Shown: piece after piece, positions 1 through 12,819 of the stretch | Position numbering within the stretch: position 1 is the stretch's first letter | Layout: every line of letters starts with the position of its first letter | From: a bacterium | Lineage (GTDB): Bacteria; UBA8248 | Direction of reading: 5' to 3' | NCBI GenBank assembly: GCA_965203325.1 | Contig: OZ241875.1 | Location: 1,632,001 to 1,696,000, forward strand | DNA length: 64,000 nucleotides | Made by a program: the position numbers and the translations under genes | The notes under the pieces: model-generated | The model's input: the letters and a program-made list of their open reading frames with translations, nothing else | The model's database searches: none | Told to the model about the DNA's origin: nothing

Positions 1-287
1 TCGGGCACCCATTTCTCGGGGTCCACGAGCTCCCAATTCTGGTATTTGTTGGTGGTGCCCATGACGGTCTCGGGATAGTCGTTCACCATGAGATTCCACT
101 GGTGGGGGTAGCCGTCCTGTAAGTGAAGCCATTTGCAGTAGGGGCCGTAGCTCATGATGACGGGGTATTCGCCGTCGTCATCGGGCCGGTAGACGTCGCA
201 GCGCAGCACCACGCCGTCGTCCATCTCGATGGGCACGTCCCAGTCGACCCGCATCCCGTCTCTTGCCTCGCTCTTGTACTCGCTCAT
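1..287 (-). CDS. CocE/NonD family hydrolase, N-terminal part (runs off window)
   Basis: Hand translation from ATG at 287: MSEYKSEARDGMRVDWDVPIEMDDGVVLRCDVYRPDDDGEYPVIMSYGPYCKW...NWELVDPEKWVP, the typical CocE/NonD N-terminus; not in the ORF track because it is truncated. Confidence 0.85.
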   Translation of the reverse strand, partial: MSEYKSEARDGMRVDWDVPIEMDDGVVLRCDVYRPDDDGEYPVIMSYGPYCKWLHLQDGYPHQWNLMVNDYPETVMGTTNKYQNWELVDPEKWVP

Positions 288-509
288 GTTTCGCCTTTCC
301 GTGAAGAAGTGGATCACCGTCGGTGATGTATTTGGGGATGAGGGGAATATAACCGAGGGGAGGGGGTGAGTCCAGATGGGGAGGGTAATCGAAAAAACGA
401 CCTTATTTCGGAAGGTGCTTCAGGGCTGCCGCAATCTCAGACGTTTGGACGGTTTTGCTCAATTGAAGGCGTCGGTGGAGGGTGAGTTAGCGGCTATCTC
501 GAAAGAGCA

Positions 510-827
510 TTACGTCCTATTGTCATTTATGTCAGGTTCAATATTTTGTTCATCTTCTGACATATCCACTTCCTCAATATAATCAGAGCGACCTACACTG
601 CAACCTACTATATCTCGGAATACTTTAGTGGATACTCCCAATTGCTTCGCCATACGATCTTGCAAATAGTCATTAATGTCCTGATTGTTGTGCGACATGA
701 ACGTCTCACCAATTAACCTATCCTCATCATATACACGGTAATATATATGATGGCCGGCCTCATCAACTTCACATTTTAACTTGTTTCGCAATGCTCTTTT
801 GACTTCACGCGCTTTGTAAGTGGGCAT
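510..827 (-). CDS. HicA-like toxin (dsRBD-like RNase fold)
   Basis: 105 aa; alpha-beta-beta-beta-alpha pattern (KAREVKRAL..GHHIYY..SH..DI...L..MAKQLG); AT-rich; directly downstream of a HicB-like ORF. Confidence 0.65.
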   Translation of the reverse strand: MPTYKAREVKRALRNKLKCEVDEAGHHIYYRVYDEDRLIGETFMSHNNQDINDYLQDRMAKQLGVSTKVFRDIVGCSVGRSDYIEEVDMSEDEQNIEPDINDNRT

Positions 828-837
828 TCGGGGTGGA

Positions 838-1200
838 CTACCAATTTACAGTAACAGTCTGATGAAACAGAACATCAAGACGTAGCTTGCGTTTCTCCAT
901 ATGTTTAGAGAGTCTTTTCGCAGAATGAAGGGCCTTCCATGATGCTTTCAGTGCTTCAAAGAGCGAAACCATAGCTTCATCAGGTGTCGAACCTTCCCCA
1001 TGATGCGGCAAATCCGGTTCCATCAACATATCGGCAAAATATCTTCCGTCCATCTCGTGTGTCTGAACAAAAATCGGGATTCCTTCATAGGATTCTGCTT
1101 GTTGTTCAACTGGGGCGTAAGCAACTAATGAGGAACTCACTAATGTAGGATTACCACCATATGAGGTGTTATCTACAGTATCAAGTAATGTGGTATTCAT
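838..1200 (-). CDS. HicB-like antitoxin
   Basis: DGRYFA...DLPHHGEGSTPDEAMVSLFEAL matches the HicB N-terminal G-x-T-x-x-EA motif; 10 nt upstream of the HicA-like gene. Confidence 0.65.
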   Translation of the reverse strand: MNTTLLDTVDNTSYGGNPTLVSSSLVAYAPVEQQAESYEGIPIFVQTHEMDGRYFADMLMEPDLPHHGEGSTPDEAMVSLFEALKASWKALHSAKRLSKHMEKRKLRLDVLFHQTVTVNW

Positions 1201-1225
1201 TTCGTCATATACTCTTTTATGTATG

Positions 1226-1477
1226 TTATTCAGATTCCAGCACTGTTATGATAGTTCCACTTCTCACATTGTAAATTGGATTTCCATCCAATCCACGCTC
1301 ACCTTTGAATTTAGCAACTTCAACTACATCCACTTTTATTCGCAATACAGTCCCATCAGCAAGCCTGATTTTCATCGGCTTCTCAATGATCTCTTCTATC
1401 TCAACCATCTCAACATCATGCATTTCACCTGTTGTTGGATGTTTCATTTTTCGCTCTACCATAACTAACCTTTTCAT
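1226..1477 (-). CDS. Small beta-rich hypothetical protein, first gene of the AT-rich cassette
   Basis: 83 aa, IRLADGTVLRIKVDVVEV...DGNPIYNVRS; co-oriented, 25 nt upstream of the HicB-like gene. Confidence 0.7.
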   Translation of the reverse strand: MKRLVMVERKMKHPTTGEMHDVEMVEIEEIIEKPMKIRLADGTVLRIKVDVVEVAKFKGERGLDGNPIYNVRSGTIITVLESE

Positions 1478-1735
1478 TTATTTTGAAGTAGGGATTTCCT
1501 TGTTGAACACTCAAAAATAGCATTATCTATCTGTTGCGATATTGCCAGGATCGATTGAACAACAATCTTCGCCAACCACCTAAGTAATCGGAAGCCTGTC
1601 GGAACTCTCCCTTTAGTATGAGCATGGATGCGAGTAGCACCTCAAACAACCATACCCTATCTCATAAATCGCAATATTTCGCCATATCCTGCCATACATT
1701 GCGAAAATCTCAACCAGTCCGGAATAAGCCTCCTC

Positions 1736-2311
1736 TCACTCGATCCTTTCCTCGAGCTTCCGCGTCGCCGCCTCGACGATTTCGCACACCTTTTCCATCA
1801 CCTCGGGGTGCGCGCGGAACGACTCGCGCACTTCCTTGACGATCGCCATCTTGGCGGCGGCGAAGCCGTCCTGGTATTCGAGCTTGAGTTTCTCGGCCGA
1901 TATACGGCTGCGCTCCAGCCCGTTCACCATCTGGGCGAGTTTCTCGGGCGTCAGGCCCTCGAAGGATTCCTTCCCCATCTGCGAGACGGCCTCGACCGCC
2001 TGGGTCATCAGCATCCGCCGCGCGGCCGCCGCTACCTTCTCGCCCGGGTCCCTGCCCTCGCCGTCATAGGCCATGACTTCTTCGATCAGCTCATCCACCA
2101 TGGCTTCCACCCGCCTGGTCTTGCGGATGCCTTCCAGCAGGCGGTTGTTGCGCGCCCCGATGGAGCCGAGCCCTATCTTCTCCCCGGTGGCCTTCTCGAA
2201 GGCCTCGGCCACCTCCTTATAAGTCTTTCCCTCGGCGAGCATGGGGTCGACGACTTTCTCGGCCCCGTATTCCACCACCTTCGACCTGCGCCCCCGCCTC
2301 CTCTCCATCAC
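1736..2311 (-). CDS. DUF3486 / Mu gp27-like (small terminase-like) protein
   Basis: N-terminal RGRRSKV motif, then an HTH (TYKEVAEAF...IGLGSIG) and a helical C-terminus; follows a gp26-like gene as in Mu-like phages. Confidence 0.7.
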   Translation of the reverse strand: MMERRRGRRSKVVEYGAEKVVDPMLAEGKTYKEVAEAFEKATGEKIGLGSIGARNNRLLEGIRKTRRVEAMVDELIEEVMAYDGEGRDPGEKVAAAARRMLMTQAVEAVSQMGKESFEGLTPEKLAQMVNGLERSRISAEKLKLEYQDGFAAAKMAIVKEVRESFRAHPEVMEKVCEIVEAATRKLEERIE

Positions 2312-2640
2312 AACTCTCCCACGAGGATGTCGGGCGAAGCGGAAACGGCGCCTTCGAGCAGGCCGCGCCCCTTGCGGGTCAGGTGCGCCTCGTAATCCGT
2401 CAGCAGGCGGCCGAAACCGCCCGGGGTGCGCTTTTCCAAAAAGCCCCGCCCGGCCAGATCGTCCACGAAGGCCTCGAGCGTCTCGCGGCCCAAGGGCGCG
2501 CCGTCCTCATGGTGGCCCGCCTCGCGCAGCGCGCTCCACAGCAGAAGGCTGCCCACGCTCGATTCCGCGCGCAAGGCATCCTGGTAATACAGCGTCTTCA
2601 ATATGTCGCCGCGCAGGACGCGGGCCGTCAGTTCATTCAC
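2308..2640 (-). CDS. Mu gp26-like winged-helix protein
   Basis: LRGDILKTL...L..RGFLE...AHLTRKGRGLLEG...PDI pattern; strong GGAGGTG RBS; 4-nt overlap with the gp27-like gene. Confidence 0.7.
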   Translation of the reverse strand: MNELTARVLRGDILKTLYYQDALRAESSVGSLLLWSALREAGHHEDGAPLGRETLEAFVDDLAGRGFLEKRTPGGFGRLLTDYEAHLTRKGRGLLEGAVSASPDILVGEL

Positions 2641-2647
2641 GATGAAT

Positions 2648-2747
2648 CACCTCCCCAATGACTTTCATACCGGCGTACCCGACGCCGGTTATCGTAATCC
2701 AGACCTCTTCCGTGCACTGAAACACCTCCTCGATGACTTTCATACCG
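2648..2747. repeat. Two 25-bp direct repeats, 75-bp period
   Basis: CACCTCCCCAATGACTTTCATACCG (2648-2672) vs CACCTCCTCGATGACTTTCATACCG (2723-2747), 23/25 identical. Confidence 0.85.
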
Positions 2748-2893
2748 AAACGCCAATCACCCCGCGTGAGGCGGAAACTCTCTCAATATAGAATGCGGCT
2801 GCATCTCCGGCAGACCGGCAAATGCGGGGAAATGCGGGCGCGTTGAGAAAATAATTTCCGGGTTGCACAATGCCGCCCGAGGAGGAGGCTTCG

Positions 2894-3301
2894 ATGCGCT
2901 CAAGCGCGCGGAAAATCATCACCACGCTCGCCGTATTCGCGCTCTGGTTCGCGTGGCTGCCCGACGCGCCTGCCCTCGCTCACGGGGAGGAGGAGATCCT
3001 CCTGTTCGCCTATCTGGCGGAAGAGCGCAACCTGCTGAGAATCTCGACCGCCATCGTGGGCGGCATCATCCTGGCGATGGGCGTCTTCATCACCCAGCAA
3101 TCGCGCGCCGAGGCGAGAGAAAACGCCCGGGCAGAATTCACGGGCTTCAGGGTGATATTGCCGGGGCTGCTCGTCACCTGCCTGGGCGCCGCCGTGCTGT
3201 TCACGGCCGCCTTCATCCTCCCCGAGCAGATCAAGATTGTGCACGACCATCCCCTGGAGCACGTCGAGACAAAGACCACAAAAAGTAAAAGCGGCCCGTG
3301 A
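2894..3301 (+). CDS. Hypothetical membrane protein (prophage cargo)
   Basis: GGAGGAGG RBS before ATG 2894; signal-like N-terminus plus two hydrophobic helices; opposite strand to the phage genes. Confidence 0.7.
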   Translation: MRSSARKIITTLAVFALWFAWLPDAPALAHGEEEILLFAYLAEERNLLRISTAIVGGIILAMGVFITQQSRAEARENARAEFTGFRVILPGLLVTCLGAAVLFTAAFILPEQIKIVHDHPLEHVETKTTKSKSGP

Positions 3302-3570
3302 GGGGTTGTTGGAAAGTCCCACAGAGGGAGCGCGCTGAGTTTCACTCCCCCCTTGAAGGGTCTGGCTTCCCGAGGGGAAAGCCAGACGAGGAAGCCGAAC
3401 CGACAGGTGAAGGCTGACTCAGTGGGGGGACATACCACAGAAAAAGCTCCCCCCACCAACTCGCCTGCGGGCTTCGCCCTTGCCTCTTTGACTCCCCCTC
3501 AAGGGGGGAGTGAATTTCAAAAGCGTGATTGAAACCCAAAAATATTTCGCGGGGCTTTTTCACCCCCCCC
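3302..3570. mobile_element. MITE-like element with nested palindrome, copy 1
   Basis: Left end GGGGTTGTTGGAAAGTCCC and a degenerate right end; internal 16-bp IR TTCACTCCCCCCTTGA/TCAAGGGGGGAGTGAA (3341-3514); core shared with 34372-34555. Confidence 0.7.
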
Positions 3571-3594
3571 AAGCCCTCCCCGCGCAAAACTCCC

Positions 3595-4017
3595 TCACTT
3601 CGCCTTTCCCGTGAGCTTCTCGACGGTGCGAAACGCGCCCAGACCCAGCATCCCCAGGGTGAGTTCGAGTAGCCCGTCCGCCGAGACGGGATAGGGCGCG
3701 AGTTCGCCGCTCATCAGCACCTGCCGCGTCCAGAGCCATGCGCCGAGGGCATACTGGGGGATGAAATAGAACGCCAGCGAGACGCCGCAGATCCACAGGA
3801 TGAACGGCCTGCCGCCTGCGACGAAGACGCTGCGGTGGGCGGCTTCGATTTTGTTGATCTCGTTCTGGGCTTCGGCGGGGCGCATCATCAGCTTTTGTTT
3901 TATCGCCTCCGCCGCGCGCCGCTCGTCCGGCGTCTCGACGAACCTGTCGATGACGTTGGCGACGCCCTCGGCCGCCGATACGACGCCGCCGCCGATGAGC
4001 TTTTCCAAAAAGGCCAT
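3595..4017 (-). CDS. 3TM-type phage holin (GTA_holin_3TM-like)
   Basis: VIDRFVETPDER...EINKIEAAHRSVFVAGGRPFILWICG...LGMLGLGAFRTVEK; ATG overlaps the endolysin stop (TGATG). Confidence 0.85.
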   Translation of the reverse strand: MAFLEKLIGGGVVSAAEGVANVIDRFVETPDERRAAEAIKQKLMMRPAEAQNEINKIEAAHRSVFVAGGRPFILWICGVSLAFYFIPQYALGAWLWTRQVLMSGELAPYPVSADGLLELTLGMLGLGAFRTVEKLTGKAK

Positions 4018-4430
4018 CACGCGCTCCTCATGCGCTCGGCGACCCGGCCCGCCCGGGCGGGGAGTTCCCGCGCGTAAACTGAATCGAGCGCCTCCCCGGC
4101 CGCTTCTGCGTAATCCCCTGCCGCGAGCGCGGCCCACATCTTCTGAAAGCCCAGAAGACTCGGCACACCCATGTTGTAGGCCATGTTCAGGACCGCTCGC
4201 TTCGCAGCCGGTTTGAGACCCCCGTAAACCTCGCCCACACGGGAGCGCTCCAGTTCTCCGGCCATCAGGTCGAGACGATGCCGGAGGAGCAGTTCGGCCT
4301 CGGCTTCCGATATGCCGTCTTCGAGCAGCGTTCCGTAGCCGATGGTCTTCTTGCCCTTGCTATCCAGATACACCACCGGCACGAAACCCTCCTCGCGCTT
4401 GATCTCCGCTACGAGTTCGTCCGTGAGCAT
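4017..4430 (-). CDS. Phage endolysin, GH24 (T4-lysozyme-like)
   Basis: EEGFVPVVYLDSKGKKTIGYG gives the E-x8-D-x5-T catalytic triad; LNMAYNMG motif. Confidence 0.9.
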   Translation of the reverse strand: MLTDELVAEIKREEGFVPVVYLDSKGKKTIGYGTLLEDGISEAEAELLLRHRLDLMAGELERSRVGEVYGGLKPAAKRAVLNMAYNMGVPSLLGFQKMWAALAAGDYAEAAGEALDSVYARELPARAGRVAERMRSA

Positions 4431-4648
4431 CCCCTGCCCTCCCCTTCAAGCAGGTTCCCTGCCCCGGCCGCTTCTCCCAGCAGGCGCACGAGCGCCGCCG
4501 CGCCCTTGCGCGCGCCCGTGCGGCCCGCATAGGCCTGGCTCGACGCCAGCACCCGTCCGTTCCTCGCCCGCACCCGGAAGCGATGACGCCCGGATTTGTC
4601 CCGGAAAATCTCGACGGGACGATATTTCGAGTTCTTTACGGCCAGCAT
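4409..4648 (-). CDS. YegP/DUF1508 family protein
   Basis: EIFRDKSGRHRFRVRARNGRVLASSQAY; start reassigned to ATG 4648. Confidence 0.8.
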   Translation of the reverse strand: MLAVKNSKYRPVEIFRDKSGRHRFRVRARNGRVLASSQAYAGRTGARKGAAALVRLLGEAAGAGNLLEGEGRGCSRTNS

Positions 4649-4785
4649 ACGACGCCCCCCAGAAAAAAACCCAACAGCACCAGACCCGCGCCCGCGGCGA
4701 CGAGGCGCAAGGCGGTGTGCTTCTTGTTCGCCCAGCGCCACAATGCGGCGTCCGTTCTTCTTTCGAATTCATTTTTCCCGGTCAT
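4636..4785 (-). CDS. Small single-TM phage protein (49 aa)
   Basis: Hand translation MTGKNEFERRTDAALWRWANKKHTALRLVAAGAGLVLLGFFLGGVVCWP; GAGGAGAG RBS; below the ORF-track size cut-off. Confidence 0.6.
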   Translation of the reverse strand: MTGKNEFERRTDAALWRWANKKHTALRLVAAGAGLVLLGFFLGGVVCWP

Positions 4786-5065
4786 GACTCTCCTCACATT
4801 CTGTTAGCGAAATCCCGCGCGCCGCGCTTAAGCGATGCGCTTCGACGCAAGAGATTCTAGGCCTTGATCCCGCCGGGCCGTTGACGGAAAATGCGGGCAA
4901 CTGCGGGGTGATGCGCTCTCACCCGTCCGCGAGGGGAAAAAAGCGCATCCCCCCGCGCCGGACGCGCCCGCTCGACCGCTTCGTTCGCGACGCGCGAGGG
5001 GCGTTTCATCCGCCAGGAAGACGACGCGCCAAGGGGCGCATGCCGCCAAGCACAGGAGATGAACC

Positions 5066-5554
5066 ATGAAAAAACTGACCGCCACCCTCCTCGTAGCCGT
5101 ATTCACCCTGGGGCTGGCCGGATGCCGCACCGACGGCACGATGGACAAACAGACCAGCGGAGCCATTCTGGGCGGAATCGCGGGCGGTCTGATCGGCTCG
5201 AAGTTCGGCAAGGGCCGGGGCCGCAAGGCGGCGACCTTCGCGGGCGCGGTCCTCGGCGTCCTCGCGGGCAGCTCCATCGGGCGACAACTCGACGAGCGCG
5301 ACCGTCTGCTGATGGGGCGAAGCACGCAGAAAACCCTTGAACGCGGCAAGACGAACGTGGCCACCAAATGGGTGAACCCCGACACGGGCAACCGGGGCAC
5401 CATCACGCCCAGGCGCACCTACCGGGTCCAGAGAGGCTCGACCACCCGGTATTGCCGCGAGTTCCAGCAGACCATCACCGTGGGCGGCAAGACAGAGCGC
5501 GCCTACGGCCGCGCCTGCCGACAGCCCGACGGAAGCTGGAAGATCGTCAACTAG
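5066..5554 (+). CDS. Glycine-zipper 2TM lipoprotein (17 kDa surface antigen, RT0821/Lpp0805-like)
   Basis: Lipobox LAGC; glycine zipper; WVNPDTG and CREFQQT..GRACRQPDGSWKIV motifs. Confidence 0.9.
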   Translation: MKKLTATLLVAVFTLGLAGCRTDGTMDKQTSGAILGGIAGGLIGSKFGKGRGRKAATFAGAVLGVLAGSSIGRQLDERDRLLMGRSTQKTLERGKTNVATKWVNPDTGNRGTITPRRTYRVQRGSTTRYCREFQQTITVGGKTERAYGRACRQPDGSWKIVN

Positions 5555-5605
5555 GCCTGCGCTGCTCAAGAAACGTCATTCGCCTTCATCCAAGAAAGGC
5601 GTCTC

Positions 5606-6004
5606 ATGAAGAAGCGGATCTGCGCAGGCGTGGCGTTCATGTTCTTCGTATCAGGTTGCGCGGGTGTTGGACCGAACCCGGTGGCGCGCTACACGCCTGC
5701 GGATGAGAAGCGCAGTTGCGTCTCGCTCAAGGCGGAAATAAAAGCCAACAGGAAGGGCATCGCCAAAAAGACGCTTGAGCGGACGAACAAGACGCACAAG
5801 AACCTCATCCTCGGCGCTTCCGGTGTGTTCCTCATCGCGCCGTGGTTTTACATGGACCTGAAGGGCAAGGAAGCAGTCGAGACCGAAGCGCTAGAGCGCC
5901 GAAACGCCGCACTTCGCCGCATCGCCTTCGACAAGGGCTGCAACGCGCCGCTACCCATCGTCACGCATCAGAGAAAGCCGAGAACGGGAGAGAAAACGAA
6001 ATAG
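5606..6004 (+). CDS. Hypothetical lipoprotein
   Basis: Lipobox VSGC; D..SC..L..EI motif, one TM segment and a terminal K-G-C. Confidence 0.75.
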   Translation: MKKRICAGVAFMFFVSGCAGVGPNPVARYTPADEKRSCVSLKAEIKANRKGIAKKTLERTNKTHKNLILGASGVFLIAPWFYMDLKGKEAVETEALERRNAALRRIAFDKGCNAPLPIVTHQRKPRTGEKTK

Positions 6005-6005
6005 A

Positions 6006-6034
6006 TGTAGGGGCGGTCGCGAACCGCCCCTACA
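6006..6034. repeat. GTAG-type REP palindrome
   Basis: TGTAGGGGCGGT-CGCGA-ACCGCCCCTACA with perfect 12-bp arms. Confidence 0.8.
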
Positions 6035-6122
6035 GGAGAAATCGACGCCTCATCCGCTTGCACTCTCCGATAATGTATGCCACTCGAAATCGCAATCCCT
6101 TCTTGAGCAGTCGGGGTTGACC

Positions 6123-6503
6123 CTACTCCCGCATACCGCCGAATTTCCATTCGAGATCGTGCGGGAAATCCTCCGTCATCTTCTCGACGTAGGCGAGCAC
6201 GTCCTCACGGCGGAAGCGCGCGCTCTTGAAGGAGGGGTGGCCTTCGGGCTGTCTGGCGCCCGCGCGCGGGGGCGGGCGGCGCAGGTAGACGGGGCGGAGG
6301 CAGGGCGCGTCGCTCGCGCAGTCCTCGGCGATGATGGCGTCGAGCGTGCGGTAGCTCTTATAACCCAACACCCTGGCGAGCATGGGCTTGGTGAGAAACG
6401 CCTCTTCCTCGAGAATCCGGCGCGGCGTTCTCGGATCGAGCGGGGCCCGTTTCGTTCTCCTCGCGCGCCTCTTGCTCCCCCGGGTATTCTTCGGCGGCGT
6501 CAT
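6123..6503 (-). CDS. Phage excisionase/MerR-like HTH protein
   Basis: FLTKPMLARVLG...TL and RFRREDVLAYVE patterns; basic N-terminus; translationally coupled to the upstream ORF. Confidence 0.55.
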   Translation of the reverse strand: MTPPKNTRGSKRRARRTKRAPLDPRTPRRILEEEAFLTKPMLARVLGYKSYRTLDAIIAEDCASDAPCLRPVYLRRPPPRAGARQPEGHPSFKSARFRREDVLAYVEKMTEDFPHDLEWKFGGMRE

Positions 6504-6748
6504 CAGCGAAGCGCCTCGGCGAGCGGGAGGAGTACAAGGTCGCGGCGGCGGGTTCTCTTCATCCTGATGAGGGCGTCGGCGCGGGCGCGGGCGGATTCCA
6601 TGTTCGGGAAGATGAGGCTCACGCGCCTCTCCCGGGAGCGGTCGCGGTAGACGAGCAGCGCAGCCTTTTCGGGGACGCCGAATCCCTCCTCCACCAGATC
6701 GGAGAGACCGCGCTCATGGGTTCCGATGAAAGAAGCGGTTTCGTTCAT
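6503..6748 (-). CDS. Hypothetical phage protein (81 aa)
   Basis: GGAGGAGG RBS before ATG 6748; TGATG coupling to the next gene. Confidence 0.6.
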   Translation of the reverse strand: MNETASFIGTHERGLSDLVEEGFGVPEKAALLVYRDRSRERRVSLIFPNMESARARADALIRMKRTRRRDLVLLPLAEALR

Positions 6749-7063
6749 GACGTCCCTCCTCCACATCCGTATGCGGCTTCTCCCGCAAGAAGCAATAAAG
6801 GCCCGGATGATCCGCGCGGTCTCGAAGGTGCGTTGCCGTCGGTAGGGGGCGCCTCGCGGGCGGTGCGGGACGCCGGGTTCGGTGGGGAAGATGGTGGGGT
6901 ATTGCGGGACGGATCATCCGGGCGAGGCGAATATCTGAAAAATTCGACAAATTTAGATAAATTCATGGAATTTCCTTTTTTCTTTATAAAGTCAACAATA
7001 TCAATTAAATATATTGCTCATCGGCCTGAATGTGATGTTCTTATTCACACACCAGACAACGGC

Positions 7064-7092
7064 AATATATCTATATATACTTATATTGTCAA
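7064..7092 (-). promoter_or_regulatory. Sigma70-type promoter pointing into the prophage remnant, overlapped by an inverted repeat
   Basis: Minus strand TTGACA-N17-TATATT inside an AT-rich tract; CAATATA...TATATTG IR at 7063-7088. Confidence 0.65.
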
Positions 7093-7174
7093 GCACAAAT
7101 ATTTATAAATATAGATACAAGAAGACATGATCGGCTAATTTGTTGAAAGGGTATGATTTGCAGCGGTGTTAACG

Positions 7175-8059
7175 CTAGTCGAGGTCTCTGCCCAGAAGCT
7201 CGATGAAGCGCCTCACGCCGCCGTGGAGGGGCTTGTCGCGCCTGTGGATGAGGCCCAGCGGCCGGATGATGCGCTCGCCCTCGAAGGGCAGCACCGCCAG
7301 CGTGTTCATGGCCCGCTCATTATGTACGGCCGAGCCGGGCAGAATGCTCACCCAAGTGTCGATGAAGAGCGCCTCCTTGATGCTCTCCACGTTGTCGAAC
7401 TCCATGACGACGTCCACGCCGACGCCCGCCTTGCGCAAGACCCTGTCGATCGCGCTTCGGATGGCGAGATCGGCATCGAACGCCACGAACGGTTCGCCCG
7501 CGAGGTCGGCTAGTCTCACCGCGTGGCGAAACGCCAACTGATGCCCCGGATGCGAGACAAAGAACATGGGATCTTCCTGGAAGGGTACGACCCGGAGCGC
7601 CTTGTCTCTCGGGGGGTAGGAGAGGATTCCGATGTCCGCCGTATCGTCCAGAACGGATTGCACCACCTTCTCGGGGTGGAGGCATTCGAGCCGAACGCGC
7701 GCCTGGGGATACAGGGAGCGGAACCGCTGCATGTAGACACCCATCTGGTGAAGCCCCACCGAGTAGATGGCCGCGACGCGCACCTGTCCGTGCACCTCGC
7801 CGATGCCGTGTGATATTTCCGCGCAGACCTGGTCGAATTCCCCCACCATCTTTCGGCACGCTTCATAAAACCGGGCGCCTTCCTCGGTGACGCCGAAAGG
7901 CCGCTTGCTTCTGTCGAGCAACTCGACGCTCAAATCCCCCTCGAGCTGGCGAAGCGCCTGACTCGCCGCAGACTGCGTGACGCCGCTTTGAGCGGCCCCC
8001 TTGGAAAAACTTTTCTCCTGGATGATACGGCAATACAGCCTCAAGGATTCGATGTTCAT
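7175..8059 (-). CDS. LysR-family regulator divergent from gltBD (GltC/CysL-like)
   Basis: SFSKGAAQSGVTQSAASQALRQLE HTH plus LysR substrate-binding domain; AT-rich divergent intergenic region. Confidence 0.9.
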   Translation of the reverse strand: MNIESLRLYCRIIQEKSFSKGAAQSGVTQSAASQALRQLEGDLSVELLDRSKRPFGVTEEGARFYEACRKMVGEFDQVCAEISHGIGEVHGQVRVAAIYSVGLHQMGVYMQRFRSLYPQARVRLECLHPEKVVQSVLDDTADIGILSYPPRDKALRVVPFQEDPMFFVSHPGHQLAFRHAVRLADLAGEPFVAFDADLAIRSAIDRVLRKAGVGVDVVMEFDNVESIKEALFIDTWVSILPGSAVHNERAMNTLAVLPFEGERIIRPLGLIHRRDKPLHGGVRRFIELLGRDLD

Positions 8060-8262
8060 GAGAAAAGGTTACAATATAAATTATTCTAATGCAATATATT
8101 AAATATTTTAGTTTGTCTTATTTTCCAGGGCGTGTTATATTCAAAGTCCGTTTCATGGAAATCATCATGCGATGTCCATAAGACGCTCTCAGGAGTTCCC
8201 CGTGAAATGGGCAAACGGGGAGTTTTCCTGGAACTTCTCTCGGAAAGAAAGTTGGTGAAACA

Positions 8263-12811
<4,549 letters not shown>

Positions 12812-12819
<8 letters not shown>

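Noticed and set aside
1736..6748. Complete prophage, tailocin or PICI-type satellite
   Set aside because: No capsid, tail, large terminase, integrase/transposase or primase genes in the interval
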